NCBI RefSeq assembly: GCF_963921235.1
Contig: NC_086108.1
Location: 110,920,001 to 110,984,000 of the forward strand
Source: Mobula hypostoma
Lineage: Eukaryota
DNA: 64,000 bases
Direction: 5' to 3'
The position numbers and the translations under genes were made by a program. Below, piece by piece: positions 13,251-26,836 of this stretch. A model generated the notes under the pieces. The model saw only the letters and a program-made list of their open reading frames with translations, did no database searches and was not told the origin of the DNA. The number at the start of each line of letters is the position of its first letter. Position 1 is the stretch's first letter.

Positions 13251-13371
13251 CGTGTATTGTTCCATGTGCATGTGACAAATAAATCTGCATCTCAATGAAC
13301 ACACAAAGCACTGGAAGAACCCAGGAGGCCTGACTACATCTGTGGAAGGAAATGGACAGCAGGAGTTTTTA

Positions 13372-14050
13372 GACCATAAGACAAAGGAGCAGAAGTCGGC
13401 CATTCGGCCCATCGAGTCTGCTCCGCCATTTTATCATGAACTGATCCATTCTCCCATTTAGTCCCACTCCCCTGCCTTCTCACCATAACCTTTGATGCCC
13501 TGGCTACTCAGATACCTATCAATCTCTGCCTTAAATACACCCAATGACTTGGCCTCCACTGCTGACCGTGGCAACAAATTCCATAGATTCACCACCCTCT
13601 GACTAAAAAAATTTCTTCACATTTCTGTTCTGAATGGGCACCCTTCAATCCTTCAGTCATGCCCTCTCGTACTAGACTCCCCCATCATGGGAAACAACTT
13701 TGCCACATCCACTCTGTCCATGCCTTTTAACATTCGAAATGTTTCTATGAGGTCTCCCCTCATTCTTCTAAACTCCAAGGAATACAGTCCAAGAGCGGAC
13801 AAACGTTCCTCATATGTTAATCCTCTCATTCCGGGAATCATTCTAGTGAATCTTCTCTGTACCCTCTCCAACGTTAGCACATCCTTTCTTAAATAAGGAG
13901 ACCAAAACTGCCCACAGTACTCCAAGTGAGGTCTCACCAGCGCCTTATAGAGCCTCAACATCACATCCCTGCTCCTATACTTTATTCCTCTAGAAATGAA
14001 TGCCAACATTGCATTCGCCTTCTTCACTACTAACTCAACCTGGAGGTTAA
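13372..14050 (-). mobile_element. Young CR1 3' fragment
   Basis: Open ORF 13653-14081 ([19 protein letters not shown]..) with CR1 3' UTR and tail. Confidence 0.9.
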
Positions 14051-14253
14051 AGACTCTTTGGTCAAGACTCTTTATCTGCATGGAAAGAAGGGAGAAAGTC
14101 TGTATAAAGAGATTAGGGAGTGAAGCAAGAGCTGGCAGATGATGGGCAGATCACAGTGAGGAAGGGGATGATGGGCAGACAACAGAGGGAGAGAGAGAGG
14201 GGCGTATGCTGACAGGTCGAAGGCCTCCAATATGCTTTAACAAATGGACTTAC

Positions 14254-14412
14254 CATGTATGTAAAGGATGGGACTTGCAAATCATTTTCCCAAAACTTCT
14301 GAGATACTGCTCTGGGCAGGAGTGTCATGACAGTCTTGTATGGGATTGTGTCTCCACTCTTGACGTTGCAAGTTTGTTTGTTGGGCTTATTGATCAATTC
14401 ACATCCACCTGC
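14254..14412 (-). CDS. ctbs: CTBS-like exon 6 (159 bp)
   Basis: tctcag|AGGCELINKPNKQTCNVKSGDTIPYKTVMTLLPRAVSQKFWENDLQVPSFTYM|gtaagt. The two Cys, PYKT.M and W.....P...Y pattern are as in CTBS exon 6; phase 0 to 0. Confidence 0.92.
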
Positions 14413-14539
14413 CTGAGAATTATACAGTTCGAAAATTAGTTGATGAATGGAGTTCCCCCATCATTGAACACACCAACAAGGAACGCTGCCAAAAAAAAGC
14501 AGCATCCATCATCAAAGACCCCCACCATTCAGCCCATAT

Positions 14540-14859
14540 TGTAATGGAGTGTGCTGAGAGGTGACTGAACCAGGTGGGGAGGAACACACCTCTTGTCCCA
14601 TGCTGAGACAAACAAAAGTTTCTTCATCAGAACTCCAGCTGAACTCTGAACTTCGGTGGCTTGACTGAGTGACACCGCGAGGTGGATCACGTAAGGACCC
14701 CACGATAAGTGCGAACCAAGAGTTCACTTTAAATAATCTCCGTAGGCTGAAAATCCATGGCCATCGAAATAAACTTCACATGATTAAACAAGGGCTGAAC
14801 AGCTCTAGATAAGATGACGACTTACAAATACAGGTGCAAAGCTGGTGGGACTCATGACG
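14540..14859. mobile_element. Probable solo LTR (320 bp) inserted in a Rex fragment
   Basis: TGTAATG...CATGACG ends, TSD CATAT/TATAT, internal AATAAA near 14768; the Rex sequence continues across it. Confidence 0.5.
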
Positions 14860-15072
14860 TATATTCTCTTCTCGCTATGACCATCGGGATGCAGATACAG
14901 GAACCTTAAGTCCCACACCACCAGGTTCAGGAACAGTTATTACCTTACAGCCATCCGGCTCTTGAACCAGCATGGATAATTTCACTCACCTCAACACTGA
15001 ACTGATTCCACAACCTACAACTCACTTTCAAGAACTCGACAACTCATGTTCTTGACAGTATTTATATATTTT

Positions 15073-15104
<32 letters not shown>

Positions 15105-15775
15105 TTTCCTTTTTTCAATTTGCACAATTTATGGTCCTTTGTACCTTGATTGTTAGTCCATTTTTGTTTGTGTGTGTAATTTTTCATTAATTCAATTGTG
15201 TTTCTTTGAATTTACTGTGAATGTCTGCAAGAAAATGAATCTCAGGGTTGTAAATGGTGACATGTATGTATGTTGATAATAAATTTTATTTGAACTTTGA
15301 ATAACCTACAGACTCATTTTCAAGGACTCTATAATTCATGTTCACAGTATTATTTATTTAGTTATTTTCACATTTCCATTCTGTGTTTATTGTTACAATT
15401 TGTAACAGTGTTGTAACTTGAAACACTGACAATGTAACTACGTTGAAGCCCTAAAATCTTCCAGCGTATAGGGTGTGGTATGTTTATTATTTAGAAAATT
15501 TATGGATTATAGTAATTAATACATAATTAATTACAAATTATTTTACTATTATATTAACATAGATGTCAAAACTTTATTAGCATAATTTCATAATTATATT
15601 AACATTATATAAAAGAAAATTCCAGCTGCATTAACAAAGTGTGCGTGCGTGGAAGCATTTCAGTGACTGTGTGGCTGCACACCCACGCAGCTTAGAGGGA
15701 CCAGTCCCTGAAACGTCAACTGTTTATTACCCCTCTCCATAGATGCCGTCTGACCTGCTAATATTTTCTCCTTAC

Positions 15776-15873
15776 CTCATGTAGCTTCTTGCAGGTATAA
15801 TCAACACCAAACCATGGAACACCAAGTATGAGCTTGCTGGGAGAGATACCCAGTTTGATATATTTGGAGATAC
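15776..15873 (-). CDS. ctbs: CTBS-like exon 5 (98 bp)
   Basis: cttag|(G)ISKYIKLGISPSKLILGVPWFGVDYTCKKLHE|gtaagg. Contains the GH18 P.KL.LGVPW.G motif; phase 1 to 0. Read directly from the DNA (not in the ORF track). Confidence 0.95.
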
Positions 15874-15954
15874 CTAAGTAAGCAAAGTGAATCTGTGATT
15901 AACATTGAAACCGGGCTGGTAGATATTGAACTGGAAGGTGCTATTAGATATTAG

Positions 15955-16390
15955 ACCATGAGATATAGGAGCAGAATTAGTTCATTTGGCCCATTGAATC
16001 CACTCTGCCATTTCATCATGGCTGATCCATTTCCGCTCTCAGCCCCAGTCTCCTGCCTTTTCCCTGTATCCCTTCATACCTGACTAATCAAGAATCTATC
16101 AACCTCTGCCTTAAATATGCCTAATGTCTTGCTTTCCACAGCTGCCTGTGGCAACAAATTCTGCAGATTCACCACTCTCTGGCTAAAGAAATTTCTCCTC
16201 ATCTCTGTTCTAAATAGACGTCTCTCTATTCTGAGGCGGAGTCCCCTGGTTCTAGACTCCCCGACCATAGGAAACATCCTCTCCACATCCACTCTATTGA
16301 GGCCTTTCAACATTGGATAAGTTTCAATGAAAACCCATCCACCCCCACTTCTGAATTTCAGTGAGTAGAGACCCAGAGCCATCAAATGAC
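15955..16390 (-). mobile_element. CR1 3' fragment
   Basis: EMRRNFFSQRVVNL motif with CR1 tail. Confidence 0.85.
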
Positions 16391-16391
16391 G

Positions 16392-19300
16392 ACAGGGAGT
16401 TCGGAAGAAAGTTGAGAAGTAGGACCACAAAGGTAGTAATCTCAGGATTACTGCGTGTGCCACTTAACAGTGAGTATAGGAATAGAATGAGGTGGAGGAT
16501 AAATGCGTGGCTGAGGGATTGGAACAGGGGGCAGGGATTCAGATTTCTGGATCACTGGGACCTCTTTTGAGACAGGTGTGACCTGTACAAAAAGAACGGG
16601 TTGCACTTTAATCCCGGGGGACCAATATCCTGGCAGGGAGGTTTGCTAGGGCTATTGGGGAGAGTTAAACTAGAATTGCTGGGGGGTGGGAACTGAACTG
16701 AAGAGACGGAGGAAGGGGCGGTTGGCTCACATATAGAGAAAGCTTGGAGACAGTGCGAGAGGGAAGATAGGCAGATAATAGAGAAGGGATATGCTCAGAC
16801 TGATGGTTTGAGATGTGCCTATTTTAATGCAAGAAGCATCATGCACAAAGCGGATGAGCTTAGAGCACGGATCAGTACTTGGAGCTATGATGTTGTGCCC
16901 ATTACAGAGACTTGGTTGGCTCAAGGGCAGGAATGGTTACTTAGAGTGCCAGACTTTAGATGTTTCAGAAAGGAAAGGGATGGAGGCAATAGAGGTGGGG
17001 GCATGGCACTGCAGATCAGAGATAGTGTCACGGCTGCAGAAAAGGAGGAAGTCATGGAGGGATTGTCTACTGAGTCTCTGTGGGTGGAAGTTAGAAACAG
17101 GAAGGGGTCAATAGCTCTACTGGGTGTTTTTTTATAAACCACCCAATAGTAACAGGGACACTAGGGAGCAGATAGGGAGACAGATTCTGGAAAGATGTAA
17201 TAATAACAGGGCTGTCATGTGGGAGATTTTAATTTCCCCAATATTGTTTGGCATCTCCCTAGAGCAAGGGGTTTAGATGGGGTGGGGTTTGTTAGGTGTG
17301 TTCAAGAAGGTTTTCTGACACAATATGTAGATAAGCCTGCAAGAGGAGAGGCTGTTCTTGATTTGGTATTGGGAAATGAACCTGGTCAGGTGTCAGGTCT
17401 CTCAGTGGGAGAGCACTTTGGAGATAGCGATCACAATTCTATCTTCTTTACCAGAGCATTGGAGAGGGATAGGAACAGTCAAGTTAAGAAAGCATTTAGT
17501 TGGAGCGAGGGGAAATACTCAGGCAGGAACTTGGAAGCATAAATTGAGAACAGATGTTCTCAGGGAAATGTACGGCAGAAATTTGGCAAAAGTTCAGGGG
17601 ATATTTGCGTGGCGTTCTGTAAAGGTATGTTCCAATGAGACAGGGAAAGGATCGTAGGGTACAGGAACTGTGGTGTACAAAGACAGTTGAAAATCTCGTC
17701 AAGAAGAAAAAAAAAAGCTTACAAAAGGTTTGAAAAACTGGGTAATGATAGAGATCTAGAAGATTATGAGGTTAGCAGGAAGGAGCTTAAGAGTGAAATT
17801 AGGAGAGCCAGAAGGGGCCACGAGAAGGCCTTGGTGAGCAGGATTAAAGAAAATCCCAAGGCATTCTACAAATACGTGAAGAGCAAGAGGATAAGACATG
17901 AGAGAATAGGACCAATCAAATGTGACAGTGGAAAAGTGTGTATGGAAATGAAGGAGATAATTGAGGTACTTAATGAATACCTTGCTTCAGTATTCCCTAC
18001 TGAAAAGGATCTTGGCGATTGTCGGGATGACCTAGAGCGGATTGAAAAGCTTGAGCGTAAGAACATTAAGAAAGGATGTGCTGGAGATTTTGGAAAGCAT
18101 CAAGTTGGATAAGTCTCTGGTACTGGACGAGAAGTACCCCAAGCTAATGTGGGAGGTGAGCAAGGAGATTGCTGAGTCTCTGGCAATGATCGTTGCATCA
18201 TCAATGGGGACGGGGGAGATTCCAGAGGATTGGAGGGTTGCAGATGTTGTTCCCTTATTCAAGAAAGGGGGTAGCCCAGGAAATTATAGACCAGTGAGTC
18301 TTACTTCAGTTGTTGGTAAGTTGATGGAAAAGATCCTGAGAGGCAGGATTTATGAACATTTGGAGAGGTATAATATGATTAGGAATAGTCAGCATAGCTT
18401 TGTGAAAGGCAGGTTGTGCCTTACAAGCCTGATTGAATTTTTTTGAGGATGTGACTAAACACATTGATGAAGGTAGAGCAGTAGATATAGTGTATATGGA
18501 TTTCAGCAAGACATTTGACAAGGTACCCCATGCAAGGCTTATTGAGAAAGTAAGGAGGCATGGGATCCAAGGGGACCTTGCTTTGTGGATCCAGAATTGG
18601 CTTGCCCACAGAAGGCAAAGAGTGTTTGTAGACTGGTCACATTCTGCATGGAGATCGGTGACCAGTGGTGTGCCTCAGGGATCTGTTCTGGGACCCCTAC
18701 TCTTTGTGATTTTTATAAATGACCTGGATGAGGAAGTGGAGAGATGGATTAGTAAATTTGCTGATGACACAAAGGTTGAGGGTGTTGTGAATAGTGTGGA
18801 GGGCTGTCAGAGGTTACAGTGGGACATTGATAGGATGCAAAACTGGGCTGAGAAGTGGCAGATGGAGTTCAACTTAGGTAAGTGTGAGATGGTTCATTTT
18901 GGTAGGTCAAATATAATGGCAGAATATAGTATTAATGGTCAGACTCTTGGCAGTGTGGAGGATCAGAGGGATCTTGGGGTCCGAGTCCATAGGACGCTCA
19001 AAGCAGCTGCACAGGTTGACTCTGTGGTTGGCCTTCATCAACTGTGGGATTGAGTTTAAGAGACGAGAGGTAATGTTGCAGCTATATAGGACCCTGGTCA
19101 GACCCCACTTGGAGTACTGTGCTCAGTGGTGGTCACCTCACTATAGGAAGGATGTGATGTGGAAACTATAGAAAGGGTGCAGAGGAGATTTACAAGGGCG
19201 TTGCCTGGATTGGGGAGCATGCCTTATGAGAATAGGTTGAGTGAACTTGGCCTTTTCTCCTTCGAGCGACAGAGGATGAGAGGTGACCTGACAGAGGTGT

Positions 19301-19960
19301 ACAAGATGATGAGAGGCATTGATCGTGTGGATAGTCAGAGGCTTTTTCCCAGGGCTGAAATGGCTATCTTGAGAGGGCACAGCTTTAAGGTGCTTGGAAG
19401 TAGGTACAGAGGAGATGAGATGATCTTTTACGCAGAGAGTGGTGAATGTGTGGAATGGGCTGCCGGTGACGGTGGTGGAGGCGGATATGATAGGGTCTTT
19501 TCAGAGTAATAAAGGCATCTGTTAGTCTTGTGAGACCATGGATCTGCGCCTGGAAAGTCTTCACTCTCCAGGGTGCAGGCCTGGACAAGGTTGTATGGAA
19601 GACCGGCAGTTGCCCATGCTGCAAGTCTCCCCTCTCCAGGACACCAATGTTGTCCAAGGGAAGGGCATTAGGACCCATACAGCTTGGCACCGGTGTCATC
19701 GCAGAGCAATGTGTGATTAAGTGCCTTGCTCAAGGACACAACACGTCGCCTCGGCTGGGGCTCGTACTCACGACCTTCAGGTCACTAGTCCAATGCCTTA
19801 ACCACTTGGCCACGTGCCCACTGGATAGGTACTGGAGCTTAGGAAAATAGAGGGCTATGGGTAACCCTAGGTAATTTCTAAAGTAAGTACACATTCGGCA
19901 CAGCATTGTGTGCTGAAGGGCCTGTATTGTGCTGTAGTTTTTCTATGTTTCTATGTTCTA
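16392..19960 (+). mobile_element. Long CR1 LINE (ORF1 esterase end plus complete but frameshifted ORF2)
   Basis: KVVISGLL..INAWLRDW (SGNH-type ORF1); YFNARSI, ITETWL, MGDFNFP (endonuclease); VPQGSVLGP, FADDTK (RT); (TTCTATG)n tail. Confidence 0.93.
19507..19820 (-). mobile_element. tRNA-derived SINE with CORE/Meta-like body and RTE-type tail, nested in CR1
   Basis: A-box TGGCCAAGTGG, B-box-like GTACGAGCC, GTGTCCTTGAGCAAGGCACTTAA, tail CCATGGTCTCACAAGACTAACAGATGCC; second copy at 51284-51570. Confidence 0.85.
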
Positions 19961-20003
19961 AATCCTCTTCACTTGACAAGCCTTTCAATCCCAGAAGACA
20001 TAC

Positions 20004-20175
20004 CTGAAGAAACTTTATCGTAGGGAGCATTCGGCTTTGCAAAGCAGTCCTCGGTATTTGTAGTGTGCATTAAATAACTCATAACAAACAGACTGTCAGA
20101 GCTAGCCTGAAGTTTTGCATATTCGTAGCACCGACCATAGAGACAATGTGGAGACCAAGGCACGTTTACTATGAC
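20004..20175 (-). CDS. ctbs: CTBS-like exon 4 (172 bp)
   Basis: cttag|VIVNVPWSPHCLYGRCYEYAKLQASSDSLFVMSYLMHTTNTEDCFAKPNAPYDKVSS-G|gtatgt. Matches CTBS VTFDVAWSP...RCY.Y.....D.LFVMSYD......C.A.ANAPY; phase 0 to 1. Confidence 0.95.
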
Positions 20176-20433
20176 CTAAGTAACAAAGAGAAATTACAAA
20201 AAATTAACTCTGTTGGAGGTTGGCTCTGTAGCATAACGGTGAGCGTAACACTATTACAGCACTAGTGACCCAGGTTCAATCCCAGCAGCTGTCTGTAAGG
20301 AACTTGTATGTTCTTGTGACCATGTGGGTTTCCTCTGGGGGCTTCAGTCTTTGTTGGGCCAGAAGGTCCTGTTACTGTACTGTATATCTAAATAAAATCA
20401 GAAAAAAATCTTACAAGTACTGTGACTATACAT

Positions 20434-21420
20434 GCACTCAATGGCCAATTTATTATCTACCTCCTGTACCTACTGTCAAGATGAAGCCACACTCAGGTTG
20501 GAGGAACAACACTTTATATTCCGTCTGGGTAGCCTCCAACCTGATGACATGAACATCGACTTCTCTAACTTCCGCTAGTGCCCCACCTCCCCCTCGTACC
20601 CCATCCGTTATTTATTTATATACACACATTCTTTGTCTCTCTCTCCTTTTTCTCCCTCTGTCCCTCTCACTATACCCCTTGCCCATCCTCTGGGTTTTTC
20701 CTCCCCCTCCTTTTCCTTCTCTCTGGGCCTCCTGTCCCATGATCCTCTCATATCCCTTTTGCCAATCACCTGTCCAGCTCTCGGCTCCATCCCTCCCCCT
20801 CCTGTCTTCTCCCATCATTTCGGATCTCCCCCTCCCCCTCCCACTTTCAAATCTCTTACTAGCTCTTCTTTCAGTTAGTCCTGACCAAGGGTCTCGGCCC
20901 GAAACGTCGACTGTACCTCTTTCTAGAGATGCTGCCTGGCCTGCTGCGTTCACCAGCAACTTTGATGTGGGTTGCTTGAATTTCCAGCATCTGCAGAATT
21001 CCTCGTGTTTGCATTATCTGAGTTACTGTCACCTTCCTGTCAGCTTGAACCAGTCTGGCCATTCTCCTCTGACCTCTCCCCTTAACAAGGCATTTTCACC
21101 CACAGAACTACGCGAGGTTTTTTGTTCTTAACATCATTCTCTGTAAACACTTAGAGACGGTTGTGTGTGAAAATCCCAGGAGATCAGCAGTTTCTGAGAT
21201 GCTCAAACCACCCTGTCTGGCACCAACAATCATCCCACAGTCAAAGACACTGAGGTCACATTTCCTCCCCATTCTGATGTTTGGTCTCAACAACAACTGA
21301 ACCTCTTGACCATGACCACATGCTTTTATGCATTGAGTTGCTGCCACATGACAGGCAAATTAGCCATTTGCGATAATGAGCAGGTGTACAGGTATACCTA
21401 ATAAAGTGGCCACTGAGTGT
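20434..21420 (-). mobile_element. Tc1-like non-autonomous element with a nested Penelope-like fragment
   Basis: TIRs cactcaatggccaatttatta / taataaagtggccactgagtg; HTH remnant in ORF 21108-21347. Confidence 0.85.
20472..21010 (+). mobile_element. Penelope-like element 3' end / pseudo-LTR
   Basis: EATLRLEEQHFIFRLGSLQPDDMNIDFSNF (GIY-YIG C-terminus), pyrimidine tract, hammerhead-like motif 20876-20913 with a mutated core (CTGACCA). Confidence 0.85.
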
Positions 21421-22374
21421 TTGTACAATCATATGTACATGACATTCATGGGAATTTCCAGTTAATTTTGATCAGTTTTCAGTTTTATTTATTTTTCTTT
21501 CATTGAATCTCAGGGTTATATATGGAGATATATATGTACTTCGATAATAAATTTGCATTGAACTCTGAATATACTTTGAAATTTGAATAATAAAGTTTCT
21601 GATATCCCAGATAAGGTCAGGAAAATCATTAAAGTCCCAGAGATTCAGACAATACGATGCATTGCATTTTCAACTTAATGGTCAATATATTAAGTTCCCT
21701 GGACTTGAGGGACTGGGTTAAGGACAGACTTTTTTCTTAGTGTGTAGGAGACTGAGGGTGAACTTATACTAATCCATGTTTATAAACCATCTTATACATT
21801 TATATTTATTGTGTTTTTTATTATTGTGTTCTTTAGCTGATTTGTTTTGTGCTGCATCAGATCCTGCATAATAATTATTCCATTCTCCTTCACACTTGTG
21901 TGCTGGAAGTGATAGGGTGGTGAGATGTAAGGCGCTCCTTCCCTCCGCTGGCCTGCAGGTCCACCTTGGGCAAGGTGTAGCACCTGCTTCGCCCCCCTCC
22001 CATGGATCAGGGTCATGTGAAGCCATGGGAGCAGGAGGTGGATGGTCATATGAGCAGCTGGTTGGGTCACCCATCTTGTAAAGACACTGCCCAGAAGAAG
22101 GCAATGACAAACCACTTCTGTAGAAAAATTTACCAAGAGCAATCATGTTCTCCCAGGAAAAGTGAATAAACTAGAAAATGGGTTGGCAAAGATGTCTGTC
22201 CATGGCTCCTGGAGATGGGCAGTGGAGGGCTTTGCTTGGTTCTAGCTAATGATGTTCCAGGGGGTGTCAGTGTCGGGATAATTCCTGAGAAGGAAAGTGT
22301 GGTGTCCATGGATTCCAGGACCATTGGGCACAGCAGGGGATAAATGTCATCCTAGATTGCCAAACCTTGAAGAG

Positions 22375-22770
22375 GAGCATAACCTTGTCATGGTTTGGAG
22401 GCTTGTGTGATCCAGTGAGCTATGTTGGCTGGAGTCAGGGCTTTATGCTTTGGCTCTTGGGAGTGTCACCCATACCAAAGAGGTCAAAGGGAGAGGCCAG
22501 ACTAAGTGTGGTCCACCGGTCCTCCAGGTTTGGAGGTTCAGTTGAGGGATAACCATCCTGATTGGTAAAACTGCATTGTTATGGCAACAGCAATGAAGAA
22601 TCCTTCTACATCTGAGTGTGATGGTATTCCACCCGGGACCGGCGTGACTGACTGTACTGAAAACTGAGTGGAAGCTACCGACACGATGAAGGAAGCCCTG
22701 AACACGGCCAGAAATGGAGGACCTTCATTGCTGTCCTATACGCCTGCGCCAAGATTGCCAGTAAGTAAGA
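22375..22770 (+). mobile_element. Short RTE-derived non-autonomous element (5'UTR-like part fused to 3' end)
   Basis: Starts ACCTTGTCATGGTTTGGAGGCTTG (RTE 5'UTR-like) and ends TGGAGGACCTTCATTGCTG..(AGTA)n. Confidence 0.55.
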
Positions 22771-25439
22771 TTGAGATAAGGACATCTTAATTTAATTTAT
22801 GTTAGTCATTATGATTGTCTCTGTATTGTTATAGAATCATAGAATTATAATTTTATAATGTATTTTTGAAATTGAAAAAGGGAAAAGGAATAAAAAGCTA
22901 GAGGTCATAAATTTAAAGTGAGAGGGGAAGATTTAATGGTAATCTCAGATTGGTGGAGCAACAATTTATATTCCATCTGGGTAGCCTCTAACCTGATAGT
23001 ATGAACATTGAATTCTCTAACTTCCAGTAATTGCTCCCCAGGCCCTCTTCCCTCTTTTTCCTTTCCCCGTTCTGGTTCCCCTCTCACCCTTCCTATTATC
23101 CTCACCTGGCTATCACTTCCCCTCGTACCCCTCCTCCTTCCCTTTCTCCCATGGTCCACTGTCCTCTCCTATCTGATTCATTCTTCTTCAGCCCTTTAGC
23201 TCTTCCATCTATCATGTTCAACTTCTTACTTCACCTGCCCTCCCGCACCCACCTGGTTTAACCTATCACCTAGCTTGTCCTCCTTCTCGTCATCCCACCT
23301 TCTTATTTTGTCTTCCTCCCCTTCCTTGGGTCTTGGGAGAAATGTCGACTGATTATTCCTCTCCGTAGATGCTGCCTGACCTGCTGAGTTCCTCCAGCAT
23401 TTAGTGTAGTGTGACGCTCTTGGGGGGGGGGGTCGTGGTTAACAGCCCGCCCCTGCATTTCTAATGACCAGCACTGTTATTTGTTCTTGTGTTAAAATGC
23501 TTTTGTTGGATTATAGAGCGTAGAACATAGAAACTTACAGCACATTACAGGCCCTTTGGCCCACGATGTTGTGCCGACCATGTATCCTACTCTAGAGACT
23601 GTCTCGAATTTCCCTACCGCATAGCCCTCTATTTTTCACCTTAAAACTATGGTGGGAAGTTCAGTACATCTAGTGTTATCTTTTAGCTTCGGTTATACAG
23701 TTATTCCTTTGTGTATTTGTGGATCACCTTAACTGTAACCGGGGTGTGTGATGGTCACCTCCCCACTCTGTATGAGACTGGTTGGGTTCACTCTCTGCTG
23801 ATGGTGCCTGATCTGTTCTGTGTTTATCACAGTAAAACTGCTGTTGAGTTAATGAGCTTCCTCGTCTGTCATTATGGACCAAATGTTCGCCACACTACGC
23901 TACATGGGAATCTGAAGAACAACCTTTTCACCCAGAGGATGGTCTGTGTCTGGAACAAGCTGCCAGAGGAAATGGTTGAGGCAGGTACAGTAACAATTTT
24001 TAAAAGATATTTGGATAGGAAAGGCTTAGAGACATGTGGGTCAAATACAGGCAAGCAGATTTAGCTTAAATTGGAATTCCGGTTGGCATGGAACAGATGG
24101 GCTGAAGGGCCTGTTGCCATGCTCCAGAACTCAATATTTTGCTTTCACAATGATTACCTGATTTATGTAGAGTCAAATGAGGGCATAGCCTCGGAATAGA
24201 GGGATGTCCATTTAGAATAGAGATGAGGAGGAATTTCTTTAGCCAGAGGATGGTGTATCTGTGGAATTCATTGCTGTGGAGGCCAACTCATTCGATACAC
24301 TTACGACAGAGGTTGATAGGTTCTTGATTGGTCAGGGTTTCAAAGGTTATGGAGAGAAAGCAGGAGATTGGGCTTGAGAGGGATAATAAATCAGCCATGA
24401 TGGAATGGCAGACAAACTCGAAGGGCTGAACGGTCTATGTCTTACGGTATCCTGGTCAAAATACAGTACAGAAAGAGGCCCTTCAGCCCATTAGATCCTT
24501 GCCAACCATCATCCATAAATCCTGCTTGAATCTGCAATATTTATTCACCCACACTCCCATCACTCCCCCCCAGGTTTCACCCCTCACCTGCACACTGGTG
24601 ACAATCCACATTAACCCACGGACTCCACATGTGGGAGGAAACCAGGGGAAAGCCAGGTGACCACAAGGGAAGAGCGCAATCTCTACACAAGCAGCACCGG
24701 GGTTGGGATTGAACCCGGGTCTCCAGTGGACATATCGTGGAGGGAGTTTGACATGGGGAATTGCAAAGTGCTACATTCAAGTCGGAAAAGGCAGGAGAAC
24801 TTGGTATGGCAACTGCTCTGCCTTTAATGGAAATCAGCCTCTCCTCCGTGGACTCTACACTCCTCCCTGCCAGCAAAGACCCCACCCATCGAGGACACTC
24901 TCCTTTCTCCCCTCTCCCACTGGGTGGAAGATACAAAAGCCTGAAGGCACATACCACCAACCTCAAGGGCAGCTTCTACCCCACTGTTATAGGACTATTG
25001 ATACGATGGTGTACCTGTACAATAAGATAGAAGGCAGAAGAATGGGATTGGAAGGGATAATAAATCAGCCATGATGGAATGGCAGTGTGGACTCGATGGG
25101 CTGAATGGCCTAATTCTGTTCCTATGTCTTTGGGTCTTATGGTCTTATGGACTCTTGCCCTCACAATCTACCTTGTTATGACCATGCACCATATTGTCTG
25201 CCTGGGCTATACTTTGTAACTGTAACACTTTATTTTGCATTCTGTTTTTGTTTTACCTTGTACAGCCTCGAGGCACTGTTGCAATTAAATGATGTGTTTG
25301 GACAGTATGCAAGACAATGTTTTTGTATTCAATCCATACAGGTCATTTCAACACATCAGTACGACAAGGTGGAACAACGGAAAGGCAATAACCAAATAGC
25401 ACATTACAAGAGAGAGTGCCGGGAGTAGGAGGGCTCCAT

Positions 25440-26100
25440 GATTATGAATTGATTGTGGACTTCAGGAAGGGGAAGTCGAGGGAACTCACTCCAGTCCTCA
25501 TCGAGGGGTCAGCAGTGGAAAAGTAAGCAGTTTCATGTTCCTGGGTGTGAACATCTCTGAAGATCTTTCCCAGGATTTTTAATCCAGGGAGCGGGAAGCA
25601 CAGAATCAAATATCGCTGTGATGATTGTACGTTCTAGTATCAATTGTTTGGTGACAATAAAGTATAGGTCCAACATATTGATGCAATAACAGAGAGGGCA
25701 TGGCAGTGGCTATATTTCATTCAGAGATTGAGGAGAACTGGAATGTCGCCAAAGACACTCACAAATTTCTGCAGATGTACTGTGGAGAGCATTCTAACTG
25801 GTACATCACTGTTCGGTATGGTGGAGGGGTTAGTCAATGCACAGGATTGGAAAAAGCTGCAGAAAGTTGTAAACTCAGCTCCATCATAGGCACTAGCATC
25901 CCCTCCATTGAGGACATCTTCAAAAGACAATGCCTCAAAAAGGTGGCAGGACCCCATCACCTAAGACAAGTCCTCTTCTCATTGCTGCCCTCAGGGAGGA
26001 GGCACAGGAGACTGAAGACACACACTCAGCATTTCAGGAACAGCTTCTTCCTCCCCACCATCAGATTCCTGAATGGACAATGAACCCATGAACACTACCT
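25440..26100 (+). mobile_element. Rex1/Babar fragment
   Basis: ELIVDFRKGK, RCTVESILT, LFSLLPSGRR..FRNSFF motifs. Confidence 0.8.
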
Positions 26101-26116
26101 CAGTATTTTTGTTTGT

Positions 26117-26119
<3 letters not shown>

Positions 26120-26151
<32 letters not shown>

Positions 26152-26175
26152 CTCTCTCTCTACCTCTCTCTCTAC

Positions 26176-26207
<32 letters not shown>

Positions 26208-26348
26208 CTCTACCTCTCTCTACCCCTCTCTCTCTTTCTACCTCTTTCTACCTACCTCTCCCTACCTCTCCCTACCTCTCTCCCTACCTCTCTCTCTATC
26301 TCTCTCTCTGCCTCTCTCTCTCTCTCTCTCTACCTCTCTCTCTCCCTA
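26120..26348. repeat. Compound (CT)n/(CTAC) microsatellite
   Basis: Directly visible. Confidence 0.95.
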
Positions 26349-26614
26349 CTAACCACAATGTACTAATCCTAACCCATGCATCTTTGTAACATGGGAGGAA
26401 CTCGGTGCATCTGGACACACGCAGTCACGAGGAGAACCTACAAACTCCTTACAGATAACGGTGGGAATTGAACCCCCGATCAGTGATGGCTGGCTCTGTA
26501 ACAGCATTAAGTTTACAACACGTTCAAATGGAATCAGATCCCAAAAAAAGTCAGTTTGCCATCATGCTTAATTGGAGTCTAAAAGCGTCACATTTAACAG
26601 TAATAGCTCGTTAC

Positions 26615-26826
26615 CTTAGACTGGCGTATTTCCTTGTGAATCGCTGTGAAGATTTGTTGAACTGCTTCAGTTATTTTCTTGGATTCAGGAGAATATCTGA
26701 TGACGACCTGATCCAAGTGTAGGTTGATTCCATCCATCTGATGTGTCTTCACCAACTTCACTTGGTTATTGACCCATTCAGTCATTTTCTCTTTAGTCCA
26801 TATTGTCCTGACTGGTGGTAAGGTTA
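26615..26826 (-). CDS. ctbs: CTBS-like exon 3 (212 bp), with degenerate catalytic motif DGINLHLD
   Basis: ccatcag|(V)TLPPVRTIWTKEKMTEWVNNQVKLVKTHQMDGINLHLDQVVIRYSPESKKITEAVQQIFTAIHKEIRQSK|gtaac; phase 1 to 0. Aligns by eye to CTBS ..W..QK..LAK.Q.MDGINIDIEQ...SPE....HREI..SQ. Confidence 0.93.
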
Positions 26827-26836
26827 CTGATGGTAA

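Noticed and set aside
19745..19820. tRNA gene
   Set aside because: The tRNA-like head continues into a SINE body that occurs twice in the window
26073..26366. Leu/Ser-rich ORFs
   Set aside because: Translation of a CT microsatellite
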